Source: Octopus vulgaris
Lineage: Eukaryota
Assembly (NCBI GenBank): GCA_951406725.2
Contig: OX597822.1
Coordinates: 39,990,001 to 40,054,000, forward strand
DNA length: 64,000 nt
Direction of reading: 5' to 3'
Shown: positions 25,129 to 38,765 of the stretch, in pieces
Position numbering within the stretch: position 1 is the stretch's first letter
Layout: each line of letters begins with the position of its first letter
Notes under the pieces: generated by a model
Database searches by the model: none
Seen by the model: only the letters and a program-made list of their open reading frames with translations
What the model was told of the DNA's origin: nothing
Made by a program: the position numbers and the translations under genes

Positions 25129-26891
25129 GTGCATGTGTGAGTGCATGTATATATATATATATATATATATCACATTGATTATCTCAGGTTGAGTGTTGTC
25201 GACGAATGAGTCAGAGTTTGTTAGAAGAGCTCCAGTTTGGAAGACATAGTTTATGATATATACAGTACAGTTACTTAATTTATATTTCGATTAGATCACG
25301 CCAAATAGGATTCACTAAACCGCCGCACCTCATAACAAATGCATTGTAAGAAAATATTTAAACTCAAATTGAAGTTCATACAACATTCTATACCAGTTCT
25401 GTCCACAAAACATAAAAATAACTGGATAATTTATTACAATATAGTATATATGTATCCACAAACATAGAGAGGAACTTTGTTACTGTTCAATATATACACT
25501 TTCCCTGTTTCACACACATATTGCAAACTATTTAACAAGAATTCTTTATAATAGTCCTACCATTCTCTATCACCAAATTCCTGATAAGGCCAGCACATCA
25601 CAAACTTAATTGAACTTCAGAAACATACTAAACTATGATTTTTATGGAAAATGTTTATTGAAGATGTTTGTGTATAGGGCTGATGTGAGAACAGCAGATA
25701 GAATTTTAAATGTATGCGTAGAAGTAATAGTAAAAACACCTTCCAAATTCGATATACGCAACATACTCATTTATTTATATTCATGGATAAAATGAATTCT
25801 ATAACATTGTCACATTTTATATTGAATATCAGTAATATGGATATCACATGAAGACGTGGAGAATCACAGGAATGGCTAAACCATAAATCGACAGCAATAA
25901 TAGCAGATGTAAAATATGCATGTAAAAAAAATTTGAAGTCCTAATTGAATTAGCTAATGACTTTAGAAAGAAAGCATCTCTAAGTGTAGACATAAGAGGA
26001 AACACATTCTCTCATCAGCAACACACGTGACTGGACCAGATCATATTGAAATCCAAACTGAACGAAGATTACTACCTTACTACCTTCGACAACGTGTGAT
26101 GTTCCCTTCAATCAAACAAATCGAAGCCTTGGAGTGATTTCCTTGATAAACAGTACTGGTATGTTAATCGGGAGCAACCATTCCCAGGTGGAAAGGCTTT
26201 TAAGAAACTCTTGGAGCATATTACAGAATCATATGCATAGATTGGTAAAACACGTCGCTAAACGTTGTCTTGTAAATATTCACGCTTATTTTTTCAAAAA
26301 TGGTCACTTGAAAGAAGAGGAAAAACTGGTTGCTCCGTGTAGCGGTAATAGGAAGCAACATCAAGTATATAAGAAATGTTCTTACGTGTGTGTACGTGTG
26401 TGTTTGTGTTTGTGTGTTTGTGTGTTTGTGTATGAGTGTGTGTGTGAGCATTGAGGAGCACACAGAAAAATTCACAATGTTACATACATGTACACGCAAA
26501 AAAGTACCACACACTCAAATATACACATACACACACACACAATCTTTTTCTCTTTCGCTCTCTCTCTCAATCTCACACATACACACAAATTCAAAATAGG
26601 CACAAACTCACAATCGTACACATACCCACATACAGATACTTACACAATGTTCCATTTAAATCCAACATGAAACATGGAATCGAAGAGCTTCCTGCTGGCT
26701 GGTGACCTTTTCTGTCAACGAGAACAAACCCATTTCCCAAATATATCAGTCTCATACAATCTGGGTTAGATGTCAAAATTGATGGAGAAGATGATGGTTA
26801 TGATGACGATGATGACGGCAACGACGACGGCGGCGATGATAATGATGCTGATGATAATGATGTTGTTGTTGTTTGATGATGACGATGATGT

Positions 26892-26929
<38 letters not shown>

Positions 26930-27228
26930 TTGTTGTTCCTGGTGGTGGTGGTGGTGGTGGTGGTGGCGGCGGTGGTGATTAATATTTTCCTTTTTGCGAG
27001 AGTATTTGAGTTGTGTGTGTCGTAAGTTGGCTATTTGTGGGGTGAGTCCCGGATGAAGCAGGTAGAGTTTGTAGCAATTAGAACTGGCATAATGATGATG
27101 GGAAATTTACTTGAACCTGCAATAAATTTCCGGGTCTAAAAGATTTTAAAGACGTGGGTGTTCATATTATTATTATTTATTATTATTATCATCCTCATCA
27201 TCATCATCATTATTATTATTATTATTAT

Positions 27229-27603
27229 TCTCTGTTTGACTTTTGCTTTATATTTGTACAAGTTGGCTCCAAGTCTCACCCAGAGACCTCAAGAGACAAC
27301 AGGTTGGAAGTTCATGTTGATGTAATGCCTAGTGTGCCATATATTTGGTTTTGTATTTAGTGTTGTACAAGTGAATGTCTAAAAAAAACATACGAAAATT
27401 ATGTTTGTTTTAAAACTTGAGATTACATAGAAAGTATTTCGCGTAGGATATGAGCAGTTCCCATGAGCACTATCTTTTGAATTTCTGCCATTTTGGGGTT
27501 TCCTGGTATCTGAGTTAGGTAGCAATCAGCCCCTTTTGCTATCATTCCCAGGGCACCTATGACAACAGGTATTGTTTTAGTCTTCAGGTTCCACATTTTG
27601 CTG

Positions 27604-27607
<4 letters not shown>
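27229..27607 (-). mobile_element. Short 3' fragment of family A retrotransposon
   Basis: Near-identical to 27690-28050 (3' UTR plus last ~55 codons), between (TTA)n tracts. Confidence 0.85.
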
Positions 27608-27689
<82 letters not shown>

Positions 27690-27691
<2 letters not shown>

Positions 27692-30600
27692 TGTTTGACT
27701 TTTGCTTTATATTTGTACAAGTTGGCTCCAAGTCTCACCCAGAGACCTCAAGAGACAACAGGTTGGAAGTTCACGTTGTTGTTATGCCTAGTGTGCCATA
27801 TATTTGGTTGTTTTTTGTGTTGTACTGGTGGATGTCTAAAAAAATGTTTGTTTTAAAACTTGAGATTACATAGAAAGTATTTTGCGTAGGATATGAGCAG
27901 TTCCTATGAGCACTATCTTTTGAATTTCTGCCATTTTGGGGATTCCTGGTATCTGAGTTAGGTAGCTATCAGCCCCTTTTGCTATCATTCCCAGGGCACC
28001 TATAACAACAGGTATTGTTTTAGTCTTCAGGTTCCACATTTTGCTGATTTCTATTTCAAGATCTTTATATTTGCTCAGTTTTTGGTAGGTCTTGACAGAT
28101 ACGTTTATATCGATTGGGACAGTCATATCAATGAGGAAGGCATGTTCTTTGTCTGAAGTCTTTCAATATGATGTCTGGCCTATTTGCATCTATCTTTCTG
28201 TCAGTTTGAATGGTGAAGTTCCAGAGGAGTGAGATGTGGTCATTTTCAAGCACTGGGGGTGGTTTGTGTTCCCACCAGTTTTTTTCATGGGGCAAATCCA
28301 GGTTTTTGCAGATTACCCAGTGAATATATTGTGCAGCTCTATCGTGCCTGTTGAGATACTCTGTAGGCGCTAGAAGACTGCACTTGGAGACCACATGATC
28401 AATGGTTTCATTTTGTTGCTGGCATACACGACACGTTGGACTGCTGCTGATCTTTAATATGTTGGCCTGGTAGTTTCTTGTTGGTAGGCATTGATCTTGA
28501 GCTGCTATGATAAACCCCTCTGTTTCAGATTTTAAGCCAGAGGCCATTAGCCATTAATGGGTCAGGGCTTTGTCAACATCTGCATTATTCGCTCTCTTTG
28601 GGTATTTGCCATAGAGATGTTTTTCTTGCCATTTATTATTCAGAATATCTAAGGCCGCAGATTTAGCACGGGTTTTCATGCGCTTAGCTTTTTCTGTGCC
28701 TGTTTCTTGTATGTCTATCTCTAATTCCGAAATTTGTTGTATTCGGAATTCACTCAGATATTCCTTTGCCTATTTTGTTACTGAGTATGATGCTTTCTTG
28801 TTTTCATGTTTTGAGACAAGTTTTAACATCTAGTCCTCAGAGTTTTTCAGTTAGGTGTCTAGGCCAATTGTAGCAATCTTCATTGTTATTGCCAGTTGTA
28901 TAAGTCCACTGCCTCCCTCTTTTCTTGGCAGATGAAGTCGTTCTGCTTCTGCCTTAGGGTGGCGCATTCTATGCGTTGTCAACAGTTTTCGTATTTTTCT
29001 GTCAAGATTACATATTTCAGTAATTGACCAGTTAACGATATTGAAACTGTAAGTCACGACTGGTATGGCTAATGCATTGATCGCTTCGATCCTGATTCTC
29101 GCATTCAGCTCTGTCTTGAGTATTGCTCTTACTCTGCGATAACATTCTCTCCTGATCCTTTCCTTCATCTGTGAATGCCTTATTCCGTCTCCTTCAATTA
29201 CCCCTAGATACTTGTAGTTCTCCGCTGGGTCTAATTCTTTTATGACATTCTGCTGGTCAAGGTTAACGTTAGATGTTTCTGTCATTTTTCCTTTGATAAA
29301 GGTAGCTTTTGCACATTTATCGAGGCCAAATTGCATTCTGATGTCATCACTGAATTGTTTGACAATCGCTAGTAAGCTCTTGAGTTGTTGGTCATTTTTT
29401 GCAAAGAGCTTTAAATCATCCATATAAATGAGATGATTTATATTTTTATCACGCGTACTGCGCGTCATTGAGCAGTTTTGAGAGAGGTATTAAGGCTAAA
29501 CGGAAGAGGAGTGGTGATAGTAAGTCACCCTGGAAAATGCCACATGAAATTTTTACATCACCAGCATTTAGAGATTCATTGTGGCTGTTCCCAGTTAGTG
29601 TGGTTCTCCATGATCTCATACCTACAGACAAAAAGTTTCGCAGATTAGGTGCTATCTTATACATTTCTAGGCATTTCTTAATCCAGCTATGTGGTAGGCT
29701 ATCAAAAGCCTTTTTATAGTCTATCTAGGCTATTGATAAGTTTTTGTGTCGTTTGTGGCAATCTTCTAAGATCATCTTATTGATGAGTAGTTGATCTTTA
29801 CAACCGTAGGATCCACGTTTACATCCTTTCTGTTCATTAGGGAATATGCTGCTGTCTGTCAAAAAACTATAGGTATATTCCGTCAGGACAGATGTTAGTG
29901 TTTTATACATAGTTGTTAAGCAGGTTATGGGTCTATAGTTTTTTGGTTCATTTGTTTCTTCACTTTTTGGAAGCAGGAATGTTAACCCATTAACTAGCCA
30001 AGGATGCATCCTACTAGGGTGTTGCAAAACATCATTGTAAAGTTCTGTTATCAGTTCATGGCTCTCTGGAGAGGCATTCAACCAGAAGTTAGGGATTTTA
30101 TCCTTTCCTGGAGACTTCCATTTGCTTGACCTCCTGAGAGCAGATCTTATATCTTCTACCTTGACACCCTCCCACTTTTGCTCTTCTAAGGAGTCCAGTT
30201 CTTTAGATATTCTATCAATCCAGGGGGCCTTCTCGTTGTGTGTTTTTTCTTCTGCCCAAATTTTATTCCAAAATCGCTGCACTTCTTTTGATGGTACAGA
30301 CTTTACAGTAACTGGTGTTTTTCCTATCTTCCTGTAAAAATTTTTGGGGTTATTTTTGAACATGTTGTCCCTGAAGAATCTAACACGCTTTTCATACCTC
30401 GCTATGCGGTAGCTTTAGCAGATACCTTTTGCTTGATGGTTTCTATGGTGGCATCAATATCAAGTATAGTTTTCATATATTTTTTCATTAGTTTTTGGGT
30501 TTTTGTAGGTTTGGTAGTCTTATGAACCTTAAGGTTTTTCAAATATTCAATGTCAGATCTAAATAGTTTAATTTGTTGTTGCAAATGCTCTTGCCAAGAA

Positions 30601-30777
30601 GGCTTCTTTGTGGAAATGTTGCCGTTTTCTAATCTTTACACCACATAGGATCGTTGAGATTTTCGCGGATGCATAGTATAGGTGGTTGAAATCTGTGATA
30701 TCAACATCATTAGCTGAAATTATTACCAATTATTTTCATGTTTTGGTTAGAGTTGCGGATTTTAGGGAGTGTATCAC

Positions 30778-30779
<2 letters not shown>
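27690..30779 (-). mobile_element. 5'-truncated, frameshifted R4/Dong-clade retrotransposon (family A)
   Basis: ORF pieces 29725-30363 (KWKSPGKDKIPNFW, NYRPITCL), 29449-29664 (GIFQGDLLSP), 28851-29468 (LIYMDDLKLF), 28128-28547 (CRVC knuckle, RHD, RPDII) and 27866-28126 (KYKDL, VIGALG, GTAHILRK). (TTA)n flanks. Confidence 0.9.
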
Positions 30780-30848
<69 letters not shown>

Positions 30849-30852
<4 letters not shown>

Positions 30853-33806
30853 TAGTTTTATTTTTATAGCGTGCTTTCACTTCACTACCGAGCGCAGCTC
30901 TGTGTGCCTTGGGTATATGCTGTGATTTGTTGTGATGCTCTGATGGTTATTGTATGGAAAGTGTTCTGCGTAGGATGTGTGCAGTGCCTAGTAGTGCAAT
31001 TTTCTGTATGATATATGTGTTTGTAAGTCCTGGTGTTTTTGTTATGTATTTGTCTGAATATTTTTTTATCAAGCCTAATGCACCTACTATGATAGGAATT
31101 GTTTCTGTTTTCAGATTCCACATTCTGGTTACCTCTATTTCCAGGTCTTTGTATTTTGAGAGTTTCTCCATTTCTTTTAGAGACAGGTTGTCATCTGCCG
31201 GTATTGATACATCAATTAGAAGCATTTTTTTTTCTTCATGATCTCTGACAACTATATCTGGCCTGTTGGCCTTAATTTCTCTATCTGTGTGTATCGGCAT
31301 ATCCCAGCGTATGGTTGCTTTCTCGTTTTCTGTGACCTTTTCTGGTGTGTGCCTATACCATCTTTTTTCTGTTGTTATTCCATAGTGTTGGCCTAGCTTC
31401 CAGTATTTATAGATCCCAACTCTGTCATGTCTGTGAATATATTCCTTCTTAGCCAGGACTGGGCAGCTAGAGATAATATGATTTATTGTTTCTTGTCCAT
31501 CTCCACATATTCTGCAGTTACTTGTTATATTTCTTTTCATTACATGTTTTTGGTTATTTCTGGTGGGGAGGCTTTGGTCTTGTGCTGCAATTAAAAATCC
31601 CTCTGTTTCTGCTTTGAGTCCTGAGCTTCTCAACCATTGCTGGGATTTTTCTTTGTCTATTTCTTTTGCATTTAGTTTAGTCCAGTATTTACTATGAAGG
31701 GGCTTTTCTTGCCATCGTTTTATCATGGTTCGTTGCTGTTCTATTTTTAGTTTTGATTTCATTTGTTTTATAGCTTTTGTTGTTTCTTCATCTTCTTCTT
31801 CTTCTTCTTCATATTTATTAGGTGGTATGATTTCTTGTTTTTTTATTTGTCAGCTTCCTTAAATACTGAGAACAGTTTTTTGTTTTGCTCGTGTTTTGCC
31901 GCTATTTGTATCAGTTTTCCTTCCTTCTGAAGTAGATATTTTTGCAGTCCTATGGTGGTTATTTTATAGTAGTTTTCCAGTTGTATAAGGCCTCTACCAC
32001 CTTCTATACGTTGTATATATAGTCTTTCTATGTCAGATTTTGGGTGATGCATCCTAGATCCTGTCATTATTTTTCTTGTTTTCCTATCTATTTTGGTCAG
32101 TTCATTTCGTGTCCAGTTAAGGATATTGTAGCTGTAACTTATAACTGGGACAGCTAAAGTGTTAATACCTATTATCTTGTTTTTAGCATTGAGCTCTGTT
32201 TTTAGTATTGATCTAACTCGTCTATAATATTCTTTTTTTATTTTCTCTTTCATTTGTGTGTGTTGTGTCTTATCTAGTTCATGGATTCCTAAGTATTTGT
32301 AAGTTTGGCTTTGGTCTAATTCTTTTATTTCATTGGTTTTATCTTGTGTGATGTTGCTACTCTTAACTAGTTTTCCTCTTTTCATGGTTACTTTGGCGCA
32401 TTTTTCTAACCCAAATTTCATATCTATTTCTTTGGTAAATCCATGAACTGTCTTTAATAGTGTTTCCAGCTGTTTGTCATTTGCAGCGTATAGTTTTAGG
32501 TCATCCATATATAAAAGGTGGCTGATCGTTTTGCCGTAACATTTATATCCGCATTCAGTTCTATTTAGTATATCAGATAGAGGTGACAGTGCCAAGCAGA
32601 AAAGGAGTGGAGAGAGAGTGTCTCCCTGGAATATTCCTCTTCTAATGGGGATGTATTTGGTTTTCATGAGTCCCTCTTTTGTTTGGAGGTGTAGGACTGT
32701 TTGCCATTTATTCATAGAGTGCCCTATGAATTTTATGATTGTTGGTGCTACTTTGTTAATGGCTAGTGTTTCGAGGATCCATGTGTGGGGGATGCTATCA
32801 AACGCCTTTTTGTAGTCAATCCAGGCCATACTGAGGTCTTTCTTCTTTTTGTGACTGTCTTCAGTTATGGCTTTATTAATCATTAGTTGATCTTTACAGC
32901 CATATGAGCCTTTGCGGCATCCTTTCTGCTCTTCTGGGAACAGTTTGTTTTCGTCCAGGTGCTTGTTCAACCTTTGCGATATCACTGCAGTAAATGCCTT
33001 GAACATTGCAGGGAGACAGGTTATTGGTCTGTAGTTTTCTGGTTTTGCTGTCTCATTTGATTTGGGAATTAAGATGGTTTTCCCGTTCGTGAGCCATTCA
33101 GGCATTGTCTCTGGCTCTGCTAGTATGTTGTTAAAGTTTTCAGCCAGCTTTTTGTGCATTCCTGTTAGATATTTCAACCAGAAGTTGGGGATCTTGTCAT
33201 GCCCAGGTGCCTTCCAGTTGCTTAGTCTTTGCAGTGCCTGGGTGACCTCTTCAGTTGTTATGGGGGTCCAAAGTTGTTCAGATGCCGAGTTTGTTATTTT
33301 GATACTCCTTTTTTTTGGTTGTTCGTTCGCCGACCATATTTCTCTCCAGAATTCTTCCAATTCTTCTGCCGTTGGTGCTGCAGTGACTTCTATTTTATTT
33401 TTGCCAAGTTCTTGGTAGAACTTTTTGGGGTTGGAGTTTAACTTTTTGTCTTGTTCAAAGAAGCGCTGGCGTTTCTCGTACCGGCGGATCCTTTGTGCTT
33501 TGGCAAGGATATCTCGCTTCAGCTTTTCTTTTATCTCAGGTAAATTTTTTTCTGTGATGTTATATTTGCGGAGTATTTTTGTTTTCTTTTTGTTGCTCAG
33601 TAGCGTTGATTGTTTGCTGATTTCATTAAGAATCGACAGATCTTTTCTCATTTTTTGTATTTTGTTTTGGATGTTATTTATCCACAGGGTTTGTTTGGGT
33701 GGTGGTACTCCTGTTTGGATGGGTTTGAGTGAGTTTCCAGCTTGTTTTGAGGCTGCAATGGCTGCTGCGTATATTAAGTCATTTAGCTCAGTGATATCGC
33801 TTTTTG

Positions 33807-33809
<3 letters not shown>
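30849..33809 (-). mobile_element. 5'-truncated R4/Dong-clade retrotransposon (family B)
   Basis: ORF 31843-33651 (602 aa) has a complete RT core (NWKAPG, YRPITCL, AWIDYKKAFDS, GIFQGDTLSP, LLYMDD, YKYLG). ORF 30947-31762 has CRICGDGQETINHIISSC, RHD and RPDIV. (TTA)n flanks both sides. Confidence 0.92.
31843..33651 (-). pseudogene. Reverse transcriptase segment of the family B element
   Basis: Uninterrupted 602 aa with intact YMDD. It is separated from the endonuclease segment by a stop/frameshift near 31.8 kb. Confidence 0.88.
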
Positions 33810-33895
<86 letters not shown>

Positions 33896-33901
33896 ATTAT
33901 T

Positions 33902-34155
33902 CAGTAGTTTTATTTTTAAAACGTGCTTTCACTTCACTACCGAGCGCAGCTCTGTGTACCTTGGGTATGTGCGTGGTTTGTTGTGATGCTCTTATGGTTA
34001 CCGTATTGAATGTGTTTTACGTAGGATGTGTGCAGTGCCGAGTAGTGCAATTTTCTGTATGTTATATGTATTTGTAAGTCCTGGTATTTTGTTATGTATT
34101 TGTCTAAATATTTTTTTATCATACCTAATGCGCCCACTATTATAGAAAATGTTTC

Positions 34156-34157
<2 letters not shown>
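33902..34157 (-). mobile_element. Short 3' fragment of family B retrotransposon
   Basis: Matches 30849-31105 (IQKIALLGTAHILRK plus 3' UTR), with (TTA)n flanks. Confidence 0.85.
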
Positions 34158-34215
<58 letters not shown>

Positions 34216-34249
34216 CATTATTATTATTATTATCATTATCATTATTATT

Positions 34250-34804
34250 GAGTGAGAGAGCAGTGCATGCCATCAAAGTGACACTGGGGTAAAATACATG
34301 GAGCCCAGCATACCCTTCATGAACACCCGTCTGATAAGGGTACGCAAGGCACATGCATCACAACCATATGTGCGCGATATGCTGATCTCATATCAAGATA
34401 AACAGAACATGACCTTGCAAATGGGGCCCAGTTAGAATTTTCTTCTGGTCGAGTAACCCATCCCGCTCAAAAGATCCCTGAATAAGGGTTGTTTAAGGAT
34501 GTTGAACGAAAAGCCCATGTTTCCAGAGGTGAATTATTCAAACCCCAAAGAATCCCTCTGAACACATAGCTATGATGCTCCCCCACTACTTCTACTCGTG
34601 ATCAGAGATGCACATATCGTCAGCCACTAAGGGACATGCTCAACTGGTTAAGGTCAAGCAACTGAAAAGCAAATGTGTGGTATTGAGCAGAATATTTGCT
34701 GTAACCCATCTTTTATACCAAGACAAAACAATGTACATGATAACACTTCCAGTCAGTTACGATTAGGAGCCACGAGAGCCACTGCCTGTACTGCATCAGG
34801 GCAT
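34250..34804 (-). mobile_element. ~560-bp element, copy 3
   Basis: Same termini, (TTA)n flanks. Confidence 0.85.
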
Positions 34805-34831
34805 TTATTATTATTATTATTATTATTATTA

Positions 34832-34908
<77 letters not shown>

Positions 34909-34909
<1 letters not shown>

Positions 34910-35130
34910 GTTGTCTTTGCTCAGTTTCTGTCGCTGAAGATGTACTACGGTGCCAGCTGTTCACTACCAGTGAACTAAGGTAACACCCTTTATTTTTCGA
35001 GCTCCATCCGGAGTATTTGAGCAGTTCCAAGCAGTGCTGTTTACTGCAAGTGCTCCGCCCTTATTGCAGCCCTTATTTGTTCCATATACTTCTCAAGATT
35101 TTTACTCACTGTTCCCAAGACTCCGACAAT
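34909..35130 (-). mobile_element. 3' fragment of family D retrotransposon
   Basis: Reverse complement matches 18955-19175 (IVGVLGTVSKNLEKYMEQI...). Confidence 0.8.
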
Positions 35131-35158
35131 TATTATTATTATCATTGTTTTTGTTGTT

Positions 35159-35714
35159 GAGTGAGGGAGCAGCACAGGCCCATCAAATTGACACAGGGAT
35201 ACAAATATACGAAACCTAGTATACCCATCATGACTACCAGTCTGATAAGGATACATCAGACACATACGTGGCAGACATGTGTGCGCGACATGATGGTCTA
35301 ATATTAAAGTATTCATCGCATGACCTTTTTGGTGGGGCTCAATTAGAATCTTTGCAAGTCAAGTAGCGCATCACACTCAAAAGGTCGCTGAATAAGGGTT
35401 GTTTAAGGATGTTGAATGAAACACAAATGATTCCAGCGGTAAATTATTCAAAGCCCAAAGAATTCCCCTCAACACATGGCTATGATGTTCTCTCACTACT
35501 TCCGCTCTTGATCAGCGATGCACATATCATCAGCCACTAAGGGACATGCTCAACTGGTTAAGGTCAAGCAGCTTACAAGAGATCTGCAGTTTTGAGCAGA
35601 ATATTCGTTGTAAGCCCATTTTCTACACCAAGACACAACATGTACATGATAACACTTCCAATTACCTAAGAACAGAAGCCATGAGAGCCACTGCCCGGTA
35701 CTCCATCAGGACAT
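35159..35714 (-). mobile_element. ~560-bp element, copy 4 (more diverged)
   Basis: Same termini with more substitutions, in a degenerate (TTA/TTG)n. Confidence 0.8.
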
Positions 35715-35789
35715 TAATATTATTATTATTCTTTCATAGACACTTAAATGTTAAACGGTCCAGACATTTCAATTAGAGAGCCGTCAGCA

Positions 35790-36197
35790 ACAGTTTGACA
35801 GAGGTCCCTTACTTTTCCTTTCAAAGTCAACTTGATAAAGGTCCCCTCCTCTTCCTTACAAATTCAAGATTTTCCGTAAAATCCTTGCTGTACCAAGAAG
35901 TGCTGTCTTCTGCATGAAAATCCAACCTTCTTCAGCGGCTCATACATCTCCAACACTTTATCCTTTATTCTCTATCTTTCACTACTATCTCTTGAAATAG
36001 AGATATCGATAACTTGGGCCTGTTTTTCACTCTTTTTGACGACTAAAAATGTCTGACCTTCTTGCCTCAATCATCTTATCACACTGAATGACGAATCAAC
36101 GGTGCCAGCTGTTCACTAAGTGAACTAATGTAACACCCCTTATTTTTCGAGCACCATCCAGAGTTGCATCGAGCAGCTCCGAGCAGTGCCGTTTTCT
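35790..36197 (-). mobile_element. Two stacked RLE retrotransposon 3' fragments (family E at ~35790-36095, family D at ~36100-36197)
   Basis: Minus strand MQKTALLGTARILRKILNL-stop with its own UTR. The adjacent segment matches the family D UTR (gtgccagctgttcact). Confidence 0.6.
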
Positions 36198-36257
36198 TCT
36201 TCTTCTTCTTCTTCTTCTTCTTCTTCTTCTTCTTCTTCTTCTTCTTCTTCTTCTTCT

Positions 36258-36301
<44 letters not shown>

Positions 36302-36314
36302 TATTATTATTATA

Positions 36315-36371
<57 letters not shown>

Positions 36372-36410
36372 AGTAGTAGTAGTAGCAGTAGTAGTAGTTG
36401 TAGTAGTAGT
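36197..36410. repeat. Compound trinucleotide array (TTC)(ATC)(ATT)(AGT)
   Basis: Seen directly. Confidence 0.95.
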
Positions 36411-36536
36411 ATTTGCATGGGAAAGCCAATATCAAACGCTCAGATCTCACTCAAAATCATACACCACCGTATTACCGTTTTAAGATACATTCGCCTGAAA
36501 AACATATTATTATTATTATAATTATTGTTGTTGTTA

Positions 36537-36633
<97 letters not shown>

Positions 36634-36669
36634 TATTGTTATTGTTGTTGTTTTTGTTATTATTTTTTT

Positions 36670-37180
36670 GTAATTCCTACTTCACATCCTGTGGTGCCGT
36701 TCCAGGTTGTGCCTCGATCACAACTTGGAACAGCTTATGTACACTTCCCGTAGTATATGACCTGTTCCAAGACGTTTTACTACACTGTATAAATGTCGGT
36801 GTCAACCGGGATACGGTTGGTGTACTTTATCCATTATCTTCCTCATGAGTTCTAGTGAAGCTAAATACCTCTGGTCTTATGTCAGTCTTCATATTCCGCA
36901 TTCCATTGATTTCAGTCTCCAGGTCTCTCTACTCATTCAGCTTTTCTGTGTCTTTCATGGTATTTCTGTTTGAAGATATCATAACGTTGTCCTTTTCACT
37001 TCTTTGATAACGATGTCAGAAATGTTGGCTTTTATCTCTCTGTCAGTGTGGATGGTCATTCCTCAGAGGAAGGTGCTATCGCTGTTGTCTCTGACCATGT
37101 TCAACTGATGTTCATATCAGTTCTCACATGTCTTTTATTTTGTAACACTTATATATTATCTAGTTCAAGTATGCCACTGC
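36670..37180 (-). mobile_element. Old degraded RLE-endonuclease 3' region
   Basis: Minus-strand remnants HTDREIKANISDIVI and EKLNE*RDLETEINGM. Confidence 0.55.
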
Positions 37181-37184
37181 CTTA

Positions 37185-37444
37185 TTACCTCCGCCTTAGC
37201 GAAGGCGAAGGTGTTGTTTTCAGTCGTGTTTGTTTGACCGTGGGCAAGATATCTCAAGAACCGCTGGTTGGATTCAAATGAAACTTTCAGGGATGTTTGG
37301 CCTCGTAACTGGCACGAACTGATTAGATTTTGAGATCGATCTGGTACTGGACAAGGATTACGGATTATTTTTTCCTGTTTTTTTTTTTACTTAATTTTTG
37401 AGAGCGGTCGGGTTCATTTTTAGTATTCCCATTTGTGAGAGCAG
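37185..37444 (+). mobile_element. 5' part of the same HINE family, lying between degraded LINE pieces
   Basis: ttacctccgccttagcgaaggcg... colinear with 43675-43935. Confidence 0.72.
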
Positions 37445-38765
37445 GTGAACCACATATTTGCCATGCAGAGGTTTCTCTTCTCACCTATCGGCCAGTTGCT
37501 CGTGTGCTTTTTCTTTGCCATTAATTTTACCGTTCTTTGCAACAACAGTTGTCACACTTCCCTCTGTTTGTTGAACTTGGGTATCAGGCATGAGATCAAT
37601 AGTAACTGTTTTTGCTCTCTTTACAACTATCGTGATTTTCAACGAGTTTTAGCATCCAGTTTGTTGTTTCAAGATATTTGGCCAGCCCATTTGTCGTGTT
37701 TTGCAAGAGATTTCAAACTGGATCAAGCCTCGACTTCCTTGGGCTCTGGAGAGGTAAAGACGATCAACGTCTACGTTTGGGTGGTGCATCCTATTACAAT
37801 TTAACAGCTTGCATATTTTTCTGTAAATTTTCTTTACTTCACTGATATTCCAGATCAACACATTGAAGCTATAAGTAACGACTGGAACTGTTAAGGAATT
37901 TATGTTTCACACCTTGTTATGTGCATTTATTTCAGATTTCAGGACTGCTTGAACTTTCCTATAACATTCCTTCCTGATCTTCTCTTCCATGTTCGTGTAC
38001 TGGATGCCAGAGTGTTTACCTGTTCTTAGGTATTTACAGGTTTGTCCTTGCTCAATTCTTCTATAACTATGTCAACATCTAACACAACTGAAATTGTGGT
38101 CTTCAATTTCCCTTTCTGGAAAGTGGCCTTGACACACTTAACAAGACCAAACTCCATCTCGATGTCAGCACAGAGTGCTTTCACAGTACGCAATAAGTCT
38201 TCAAGTTCATTATTGTCTGTACAATAGATTATCATTTTATTGTCAATTCTGTTAACATACCCTGTTCTGTTAAGTTCACTTGTAAGGAGTATTACAGCTA
38301 CGTATAAAATTAGAGGTGAAAGTGAGTCACCTTGGAAAATGCCACAATTGTTAATATTATTTGAAGGTAGTATTCAATTATCGTGATATGACGGAAGATT
38401 TGTATTCCAGAAAGTTAGAAATCACAGGAAGATGTCTAGCGTTTCATGATCCACGAATGCGGTTTGCTATCGAAAGCCCTTTTCTAATCAATCCATGCGG
38501 AACTGAGATTATTGTGCTTGCTCTGATAGTTCTCAAGGATCATGCAACTGATTATGAGTTGGTGTTTGCGTCCATATGACCCTCGATGGCACCCTCTTTA
38601 TCCAGTGGGGGAAACAGCGTTCTCTTCCATAAATGTATATGGTTTCTCCACGACGAAGGATAGCTGATAAAATTTTATAACAGCTGAAGTAACATTCTGT
38701 GTGCACATAGGAGTGATGCGAGCCAGAAATTTGGCATTCTATCTTTACCGGGAGTGGGCGATCTG
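37445..38765 (-). mobile_element. Degraded family C-like retrotransposon RT region
   Basis: Minus-strand pieces match family C (MHHPNVDVDRLYL, FGLVKCVKATFQKGK, CGIFQGDSLSPL, PGKDRMPNFW). Confidence 0.78.

Noticed and set aside
25930-26110. TRPA-like C-terminal resemblance (LIELA..RKKASL, ERRLLPYYLR)
   Set aside because: There is no hydrophobic S6 helix upstream and the pieces are in different frames.
31843-33651. RT as retron, group II intron or DGR
   Set aside because: The downstream CCHC knuckle, RHD and PD..D endonuclease, 5' truncation and microsatellite tails identify a non-LTR retrotransposon.
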